Source: Calditrichia bacterium
GTDB taxonomy: Bacteria > Calditrichota > Calditrichia > JAJRVZ01
Length of the DNA stretch: 64,000 nt
NCBI GenBank assembly: GCA_963777955.1
Contig: CAVZSQ010000022.1
Coordinates: 832,001-896,000 of the forward strand
Direction: 5' to 3'
A program made the position numbers and the translations under genes. Below the pieces are notes generated by a model. The model did no database searches. It saw only the letters and a list, made by a program, of their open reading frames with translations, and was not told where the DNA came from. The first letter of the stretch is position 1, and each line of letters starts with the position of its first letter. Positions 56,762 through 64,000 of this stretch are shown one piece after another.

Positions 56762-56821
56762 CTGTCCCGGATTTAAACTAGGTACTAAGGAAAACTTCAA
56801 TTATAAATTAAAAGGTTTGGG

Positions 56822-57930
56822 ATGGATCAGAAAAATATGAGTCCAAGAGGCCAGGGCGCAGCGGGTGCCGCCGCAGCAAGGGGAGGCGGTTATCAAATCA
56901 CAGCATTTCCTCCGGAGTTTGAGCGTCATATTTTGCAGGATTTGGACCGGCGGTTTTACATTATATTAATTGTTGCTCTGGTTGTTGTATACGGGATAGT
57001 ATTCACCTTAGCCTCCATTAAATATGATACAGCGAAGTTGGATGAGCAGGCTCGTCAGCGCTATTTAGAGAAGTTTTACCAGGCGGCGCTGGTGACGGAC
57101 GAGATGATCGCGGAAGAAGAGAAGACTGATGAGTTAGGGATGGGTGAAGAGGAAGAGGAGCAGAAGGTGGATGAACGTGCGTCAGCGGTACCAGGGCCGG
57201 GCTGGTGAAGCCGGCGGAGGTGCTTCGGCCCGCGAGGTAGCGGAAGAGCGCCGGGCGGCAGCGGCAGCCCGCGGGGCAGCACGCCGGGCGATGGAATCGC
57301 AGATAGCCGGGACGGGGGTACTGGGCGTACTTTCGGCCGGCGGCGGCAGCGGCAGCGGTGATGCGGTGGCGGATGTATTGGGTGATGCCGGCGGCAGCGG
57401 ATCTGGGCGCGGGCAACCTGGAAGATGTATTATCGGGCGTCGGTGGATTGGCCACGGCGACCTCCAGCGGCCAGCGTACGCGTGTGGGCAGTGTCGGCGG
57501 CGGCCGGGCGACCGGGTCGGCGGATGTAGGTGAACTGCTGTCGGGGATCGGCTCGGCGGGCTCGGCGAGCGTCGGGCGCAAGGGCACGATCCAGATGACG
57601 CTGGATGCGGCGCGGGTAACGGGAACGGGTACCAAGGCAGCCAACCGCAGCGGCGAGGAGATATCGCGGACGATCAATACGCATAACGATGCTGTTGAGT
57701 ACTGCTACAAGCGGGAAGCGAAGTTGAATCCGAATCTGAAGGGCGATATCCTGATTGAATTTATTATCGGGTATGACGGCCGGGTAGGCACGGCGCGGGT
57801 GACCCAGTCATCGTTGCAGAACAAGACGGTGGAGAGTTGCATCATCAGCCGTGTACGCGGCTGGCGTTTCAAGCCGATCGGCCAGGCCGAGGGTGATGTG
57901 ACGGTACGGCAGAAATATATATTTGGGTGA
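56822..57930 (+). CDS. AgmX/PglI (GltG-like) TonB C-terminal domain protein (apparent frameshifts near 57185 and 57405)
   Basis: Single TM, acidic linker, GVLGVL, Gly-rich spacer, RSGEEI, YCYKREAKLNPNLKG, ESCI, WRF, YIFG. Confidence 0.85.
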
Positions 57931-57976
57931 TATAGATAAGGGCGCGGTAACCGCGCTATTACATGTACGATTTTAT

Positions 57977-58010
57977 AACCGTATGGGCAATCGCGCCCGT
58001 ACGGTTTTTT
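57977..58010 (+). terminator. Rho-independent terminator
   Basis: AACCGTATGGGC / GCCCGTACGGTT stem followed by a T run. Confidence 0.8.
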
Positions 58011-58017
58011 ATTTTTG

Positions 58018-58068
58018 ACCCACCCCCTTCCCCCTCCCTTATATATAAGGGAGGGGGATGGGGAGGGT
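58018..58068. repeat. C-rich/G-rich palindrome, REP-like
   Basis: Perfect 30-bp palindrome TCCCCCTCCCTTATATATAAGGGAGGGGGA (58029-58058) with imperfect ACCC/GGGT flanks. Confidence 0.7.
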
Positions 58069-58076
58069 TATATTAA

Positions 58077-58105
58077 TTGACGTATTGATATATTCTCATT
58101 ATATT
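58077..58105 (+). promoter_or_regulatory. sigma70 promoter for aspS
   Basis: TTGACG-17-TATATT. Confidence 0.6.
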
Positions 58106-58144
58106 GCTTGACCCATTCATAAACCATACGGGAAAATCATCAGG

Positions 58145-59925
58145 ATGAAATCAAGAACGCATACCTGCGGGGAATTGTCGGCAAAAGATAAGGGTAAAGA
58201 AGTTTGCCTGAAAGGTTGGGTTAAAAGCTGGCGTGATCACGGCGGACTTATTTTTATCGATCTGCGTGACCGTTATGGCCTGACCCAGATAGTTTTTAAT
58301 CCGGAAATAAATGCTGAGATTTATGAACAGGCCGGAAATCTCCGCACGGAATTTGTGATCATGATCGAAGGGCTGGTCAGTCTCCGCCCGGCCGGCAATG
58401 TAAATAAGAATATGAGTCACCGGTGAGATTGAGGTGGTAGTCCAAAAATTAGAAGTGTCTGAATGCAGCAAAAACCCCTCCCTTTGAAATCAGCGACGAA
58501 ATTGAAATTAATGAAGAATTGAAACTGCAATACCGTTATCTGGATCTGCGCCGGAGCAAACTGCAGTCCAACCTGGTGTTTCGCAGCCGCCTGTATCAGG
58601 TAGTCCGGGATTATATGCATAGTCATGATTTTGTGGAGATTGAAACCCCGTATCTGATGAAAAGCACGCCGGAGGGGGCGCGTGATTTTCTGGTGCCCAG
58701 CCGGAATTACAAGGGTAAATTTTATGCCCTGCCGCAATCTCCGCAAACCTATAAGCAGATCCTGATGGTAGCCGGATTTGACCGCTATTTTCAGATCGTC
58801 AAATGTTTTCGTGATGAAGACTTGCGTAAAGACCGCCAGCCGGAGTTCACCCAGATCGATATCGAGATGTCATTCGTCGAAGAGCACGATGTCATGCAGG
58901 TGGCCGAAAACCTGGTCAGGCGGATCTATGCGGAGCTGCTGAAACAAAATCTGGATGATCAGAATTTTCCGGTCATGAACTATGACCAGGCCTTGCTCGA
59001 ATACGGCAGCGACAAGCCCGATCTGCGCTTCGATTTGCGCATAAAGAATCTGACCGGAATTTTCAAAAATACCGGTTTTAAAGCCCTGGCTGATGTGGTC
59101 CTCCACGGGGGTGCGGATGGGATTGTGGCCGGTATTGCCCTGGCTGATTCCGGACGATTGACCCGTAAAATGATCGATCAGTATACAGAATATGTTAAAA
59201 GTTTAGGTGCGGCCGGATTGATCTGGTTGCGCCTGCATGGCACCGAGGTGGAAGGATCGGTAACTAAATACCTGCAACCTGAAGAAAAAAGCGCCCTGGC
59301 CGCGGCTTGCGGTGATATAAAAGAGGGGATTATTTTTATCCTGGCCGGTGCTTATGAAAAAACCCTGCTGACTATGGGGGAACTGCGCCTGCGGCTGGGC
59401 TCTGACCTGGACTTAATCAAAACGGACCAGGACCGCTGGTTGTGGGTGGTCGATTTTCCCATGCTGGAATTCGACGAAAAAGAAAAGCGCTGGATGGCCC
59501 GGCATCATCCCTTTACTTCACCAAAGCCGGTCGATCTGGATAAACTGGAGAGTGCGCCGCAGCAGGTTAAAGCCCGGGCTTACGACCTGGTGCTGAACGG
59601 AACGGAAATCGCCGGTGGCAGTATCAGAATTTATAATGCCGAAATTCAAAAACGTGTTTTCCGCATGCTGAATATTCCGGATCAGGAAGCAGAGCAGAAA
59701 TTCGGATTCCTGCTTAAAGCGCTGCAATACGGGGCGCCGCCGCATGGCGGTATCGCTTTCGGTTTTGACCGGCTGGTGATGCTATTGACTAAATCTGCCT
59801 CCCTTCGGGAGGTCATCGCTTTTCCCAAGACCGCCTCGGCGATGTCCCTGATGGATGGTGCACCTGATTCTGTCGATCCTGACCAGTTAAAAGAATTAGG
59901 ATTGTGCCTGTTAAATAAAGAGTAA
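58145..59925 (+). CDS. aspS: Aspartate-tRNA ligase (apparent frameshifts near 58420 and 58460)
   Basis: RTHTCGEL, FIDLRDR, STPEGARDFLVP, FRDEDLR, GAPPHGGIAFGFDR. Confidence 0.96.
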
Positions 59926-60007
59926 TAATGGATTTATAAATATTATAAAATTGAAGTATTTATTTAAGTATTTGCAGGTTTAAGACGATAATTTTATATG
60001 ATTTAAC

Positions 60008-60036
60008 TTGACATATAAAATGATATTTATTACTTT
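60008..60036 (+). promoter_or_regulatory. sigma70 promoter for lipoprotein-LysM operon
   Basis: TTGACA-17-TACTTT. Confidence 0.55.
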
Positions 60037-60087
60037 TAAAAAGTTTCTTTTACTCTATATAATCCCACATTCAAGGAGGCTTGGCAT

Positions 60088-60366
60088 ATGAAAATATTAG
60101 TGAGTAAGTTGAAGATGGTTGTTCCAATTTTGATTGTATTCGGATGGCTGGCGGGCTGTACATCACATCCCGATGAAGAACAGATCAAAGCCCTGGAAGA
60201 AGCCAAGGCGGCTGCGCAATCGGCTGAGCAAACCCTGGCCAGTAAGAAACAAGAAGCCAGTACCCTGGAATCTCAGTGTGCGGCCAAGAAAGCTGAACTG
60301 GAAAAAGTAAAAGCGGAAAAAGACTTAGTACAGCAGAGATTGGCAGCGAAAACGGCTGGAAAGTAA
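60088..60366 (+). CDS. Small coiled-coil lipoprotein
   Basis: LAGC lipobox, Ala/Lys/Glu helical mature part, C-terminal Lys; AAGGAGG RBS. Confidence 0.85.
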   Translation: MKILVSKLKMVVPILIVFGWLAGCTSHPDEEQIKALEEAKAAAQSAEQTLASKKQEASTLESQCAAKKAELEKVKAEKDLVQQRLAAKTAGK

Positions 60367-60399
60367 AAATTTAATTAGAAAATTTTAGGAGGCATAAAG

Positions 60400-61248
60400 A
60401 TGAAAGTAACGAAATCTGTTTTATACCTGACTCTGATGGCATTGCTAACTCTCTCTTCCACCATTTTTGCCCAATCTTATAATTATGAAGAAATGAAGAT
60501 GGATGAATATAATCAGTTATTGGCGGAATGGCAGGGAAAGATAAAAGCAGCACAGGATGCCATCGTTCTGGAAGATCAACGGATCGAAGTTGGCAAGAAA
60601 TGCAACGATGAAACCCAGGCATCAATAGATGCCACCTGGGGTGAAATTTATGCAGCACTGGGAACTACAAAAGATGCAGCCGATGCTTATAAGAAACAGG
60701 TTGCTCAATTACGCTCCGATGCCAGCGCATTTCTGAGCCTGTCCCCGGAAGAGATTTACCGCCGTAAGGATGAAGCAAAAGCATTGAAAGACCGCTTAGC
60801 CCAAATGCGCGGTGAGAATCTGGCGCTATTGTCCGAAAATATGGCGGCCCTCGATGCGGTAGAAAGTTTGATTAAACAGGCGGAAGAAAAAGGCAAACCG
60901 GCTGTTCCGGACACCTATTCTGTCGTGCGCGGTGATTATCTGTGGAAAATTGCCGGTATGAAGGAAATGTACAGTGATCCTTATGCCTGGATGAGAATCT
61001 ATACATCCAATAAAGACCTGATTAAGAATCCGGATCTGATTTATCCGGCTCAGACTTTCCGCATTCCCCGCGATGTGGGTCCCAATGAATACCTGGTGGC
61101 CAGAGGTGATTTCCTGGCTAAAATCGCCGGTCTCTCGAATGTATACGGCAGCACCTTCAAATGGCAAAGACTCTATGAAGCCAACAAAGATATCGTTGAA
61201 GATCCTAATTTAATTTATCCATGGCAGGTGTTGCAGGTTCCCAAATAA
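60400..61248 (+). CDS. Exported coiled-coil protein with two C-terminal LysM domains
   Basis: YSVVRGDYLWKIA...NPDLIYPAQ and YLVARGDFLAKIA...DPNLIYPWQ. Confidence 0.9.
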   Translation: MKVTKSVLYLTLMALLTLSSTIFAQSYNYEEMKMDEYNQLLAEWQGKIKAAQDAIVLEDQRIEVGKKCNDETQASIDATWGEIYAALGTTKDAADAYKKQVAQLRSDASAFLSLSPEEIYRRKDEAKALKDRLAQMRGENLALLSENMAALDAVESLIKQAEEKGKPAVPDTYSVVRGDYLWKIAGMKEMYSDPYAWMRIYTSNKDLIKNPDLIYPAQTFRIPRDVGPNEYLVARGDFLAKIAGLSNVYGSTFKWQRLYEANKDIVEDPNLIYPWQVLQVPK

Positions 61249-61291
61249 TTGTGCATGTTCGTTTAGCTACTGATACATAATTATTTAATCG

Positions 61292-61326
61292 AAAGAGCTC
61301 TTAATCGGTTGATTAAGAGCTCTTTT
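61292..61326. terminator. Rho-independent terminator
   Basis: 15-bp perfect stem AAAGAGCTCTTAATC / GATTAAGAGCTCTTT with 4-nt loop. Confidence 0.8.
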
Positions 61327-61359
61327 CATTATAGTAATTGCAGTACGCGGAGGAAGTAA

Positions 61360-62355
61360 TTGTCGACCGATCCTGAAGAAATTGAAACAGAATTTGTTCT
61401 GCCGGATACCGATCCGCTGCTGTTCTATGGCGCCAATGACCGTAATTTAAAAATCATTGAGAAATATTTTAAGGTTTCATTATTGGGCCGGGGAAATGTA
61501 ATTAAACTGGTCGGCCCTGGAGCCGAAGTGCAACAGGTGGAAGAGTTGTTGCGTGAACTGGTTCTTATTATTAACCGTAATAAGAATCTCAGTCGCACCG
61601 ACCTGTTGACCTTAATACAGATTATTAAAGGGGAATCTGATCAGGTGGGTCTGGCGGTCACGCGTCCGGAGACTGATCAGAATTCTGTGGTACTTTACAC
61701 GGCAGGGGGTAACGTGAAGCCAAGCACTGCCGGACAGCAGCAATACTGCCAGGCGGTTGAAGAAAACGATATAGTATTCTGTATCGGTCCGGCCGGTACC
61801 GGTAAAACATACCTGGCCGTGGCCATGGCGGTCGCCTATCTTAACAAGAAAAGAGTAAATAAGATAATCCTGGCCAGGCCTGCCGTAGAAGCAGGTGAAA
61901 ATCTGGGCTATCTGCCGGGCGACTACCGTGAGAAGATTAATCCTTACCTGACCCCCTTGTACGATGCGCTGGAAAATATCGTGGCCATGCCGGTGTTGCG
62001 TAAACAAATGGATCAGGGCATAATCGAAGTAATACCGCTGGCCTATATGCGCGGGCGCACTTTGAATAATGCATTTGTATTACTGGACGAGGGGCAGAAT
62101 TGTACCTTTATGCAGATGAAAATGTTCTTAACCCGGCTGGGTGTTAATTCGAAATGTATTGTCAATGGCGATATAACCCAGATCGATCTGCCCAAAACCA
62201 AGGAAGCCGGACTGCTGGGTATTCAGAAAATTTTGCAGGGAATCTCCGGGATCAAATTTGTCTATCTGGATTCAGCCGATGTGGTACGCCATAAACTGGT
62301 CAAGGATATCATTAATGCCTATGCCAAGGAAGGATCGCGCGACGCTGAGGAGTAA
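61360..62355 (+). CDS. phoH: PhoH family ATPase
   Basis: GPAGTGKTYLA, RPAVEAGE, AYMRGRT, DEGQN, GDITQID. Confidence 0.93.
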   Translation: MSTDPEEIETEFVLPDTDPLLFYGANDRNLKIIEKYFKVSLLGRGNVIKLVGPGAEVQQVEELLRELVLIINRNKNLSRTDLLTLIQIIKGESDQVGLAVTRPETDQNSVVLYTAGGNVKPSTAGQQQYCQAVEENDIVFCIGPAGTGKTYLAVAMAVAYLNKKRVNKIILARPAVEAGENLGYLPGDYREKINPYLTPLYDALENIVAMPVLRKQMDQGIIEVIPLAYMRGRTLNNAFVLLDEGQNCTFMQMKMFLTRLGVNSKCIVNGDITQIDLPKTKEAGLLGIQKILQGISGIKFVYLDSADVVRHKLVKDIINAYAKEGSRDAEE

Positions 62356-62425
62356 GGGGTGCACGGCCGCCAGGCATATAAATTCAGTTAACTTTTAAAT
62401 TAAATAGTGTGAGTAAAAATATACA

Positions 62426-62893
62426 TTGGAACAAAAACATATCAACCGCAGCCGTGAAAGAGAATTTGTTTTGCGGGTTTTATTTGCCTGTGAATTCAAT
62501 CCGGATCCCTGGTCGGAGCAGTTAACCCGCCTGGAGCAAAGCGCTCATATCCAGTGTACCGCCTATGTCCAGCAAATGGTTTCGCTTTATCATGAGCATA
62601 AGCAGGAGATTGACGACGAAATATCGCTGCTTTTAAAGAACTGGGATTTGAAACGGGTAGCTATGCTGGATAAAGTGGTACTGCGTATGGCTCTGGTGGA
62701 ATTTCTCTATTTTACCGAAATTCCTCCTGAGGTTTCTATCAACGAAGCGATAGAATTGGCAAAAAAATACAGTACGTCAGCCAGCGGTAAATTTGTTAAT
62801 GGCTTGCTGGATGCCCTGTTTAAAAAATTGTCCGGTGAGCAGCGCATCAAAAAAACCGGCCGGGGCCTGATCTCAAAACTGTATAAACCTTAA
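62426..62893 (+). CDS. nusB: Transcription antitermination factor NusB
   Basis: NWDLKRVAMLD, INEAIELAKKYS, FVNGLLD. Confidence 0.93.
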   Translation: MEQKHINRSREREFVLRVLFACEFNPDPWSEQLTRLEQSAHIQCTAYVQQMVSLYHEHKQEIDDEISLLLKNWDLKRVAMLDKVVLRMALVEFLYFTEIPPEVSINEAIELAKKYSTSASGKFVNGLLDALFKKLSGEQRIKKTGRGLISKLYKP

Positions 62894-62899
62894 AAATTT

Positions 62900-63616
62900 A
62901 TGCGCATAGGTATCATATCCGATATCCATGGTAATTTAGAGGCGCTGCAGGTAGTACTGCAATATCTGCGGGAAAACGGCATCGACCAGATCTATTGCCT
63001 GGGGGACATGGTCGGTTACGGAGCAAATCCCAATGAGTGCCTGGAGCTGGTGGCACAATCCTGTTCAAAAGTGGTGATGGGGAATCACGATCATGCGGCT
63101 ATCGGTCAAACCAGTGTTAATTACTTTAATGATTATGCCAAACTGTCCACCTATTGGACCTTCAGTATCTTATCCGCCAGCAGCAGGAATTTTATATCAT
63201 CGCTGGATTTTACCTGGCAGGATGATAAAATATTATTGGTGCATGCCACTCCGGCGAATCCGCCCTTGTGGCATTATGTTCTGACTGAACAGGATGCCCG
63301 GGAGGAATTCGAGGCTTTTACTCAGAATGTCTGCTTTATCGGGCATTCACATTTCCCGGTTATTTTTTCAAAAAATGAGGGATTAATCAAGGCACAAAAG
63401 TTCGTACTGAACGAGCAGGATAAATATATCGTCAATGTCGGCAGCGTCGGACAACCACGGGATGGAAACTCAAAGACCTGTTTCTGCGTTTATAATTCTG
63501 ATACGGGTCAACTGGAATACATCCGTTTGGATTATGATGCTGCCTTAACCAGGGATAAAATAATTAAGGCGGGTTTACCGCTGTTCCTGGGCGATCGGCT
63601 GCTTAACGGTTATTGA
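62900..63616 (+). CDS. Calcineurin-like metallophosphoesterase
   Basis: SDIHGN, GDMVGYG, GNHD, GHSH, NVGSVGQPRDG. Confidence 0.9.
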   Translation: MRIGIISDIHGNLEALQVVLQYLRENGIDQIYCLGDMVGYGANPNECLELVAQSCSKVVMGNHDHAAIGQTSVNYFNDYAKLSTYWTFSILSASSRNFISSLDFTWQDDKILLVHATPANPPLWHYVLTEQDAREEFEAFTQNVCFIGHSHFPVIFSKNEGLIKAQKFVLNEQDKYIVNVGSVGQPRDGNSKTCFCVYNSDTGQLEYIRLDYDAALTRDKIIKAGLPLFLGDRLLNGY

Positions 63617-63628
63617 TGAGGTTCTGTT

Positions 63629-64000
63629 ATGTTTTTGGATATTCTGACTAAAATTTTCGGTAGTAAACACGACCGCGATCGTAAAAAACTTGAACCATTG
63701 GTCGACGAGATCAAAGGTTTCGGTGAAGAATATACAAAACTGACCAGCGGGGAATTGCAGGCCAAGACCGGGGAATTTAAGGAACGGTTGAGCAATGGCG
63801 AAACCCTGGATGAAATATTACCCGAAGCTTTCGCGGCGGTAAAAGAAGCCTGCCGCAGGCTGTTGGGTCAGACCTGGAAAGTTGTGGGGCAGGATCAAAC
63901 CTGGGATATGGTGCCTTATGATGTGCAGTTGATCGGTGGAGTTGTCCTGCACCAGGGTAAAATTGCCGAAATGGCCACCGGCGAAGGAAAAACACTGGTA
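63629..64000 (+). CDS. secA: Preprotein translocase SecA, 5' part (runs off window)
   Basis: Manual translation [16 protein letters not shown]...[10 protein letters not shown]...[29 protein letters not shown]. Confidence 0.96.
   Translation, partial: MFLDILTKIFGSKHDRDRKKLEPLVDEIKGFGEEYTKLTSGELQAKTGEFKERLSNGETLDEILPEAFAAVKEACRRLLGQTWKVVGQDQTWDMVPYDVQLIGGVVLHQGKIAEMATGEGKTLV

Noticed and set aside
55010..57930. Ordinary Tol-Pal or TonB-ExbBD locus
   Set aside because: No tolB, pal or receptor adjacent; two dissimilar ExbD proteins; the TonB-like protein is Gly-rich with a CY...C domain rather than Pro-rich.

Overview
Bacterial chromosomal window of mixed accessory and core content. The gene repertoire suggests a Gram-negative FCB-neighbouring lineage such as Calditrichota, but this is inference. 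In order: partial ECF sigma factor; arsenic-resistance operon (arsR, ArsP-type permease, arsC, thioredoxin-like, acr3, lipoprotein thioredoxin, ccdA); NikR-headed uptake operon with a clear operator palindrome; an SDR-globin-like/Cache histidine kinase/response regulator module; a two-permease RND system; an outer-membrane barrel; the TIGR03545/03546 pair; MFS; fused spermidine synthase; orphan ParA; DUF5916-like barrel; cholesterol-oxidase-like GMC enzyme; parAB-M23-bactofilin; a complete F1Fo operon; a seven-gene TPR/ExbB/ExbD/ExbD/TonB-C cluster resembling the Agl-Glt motor core; aspS; an Lpp-like lipoprotein plus LysM protein; phoH, nusB, a metallophosphoesterase and the start of secA. Many genes, including essential ones, carry single-base frameshifts that look like sequencing errors. 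The best candidates for undescribed biology are the Agl-Glt-like envelope motor (47160-57930), the Lpp-like/LysM pair, the SDR-globin signalling module and the ATPase-less NikR operon. All family calls come from motif recognition by eye, with no database search.
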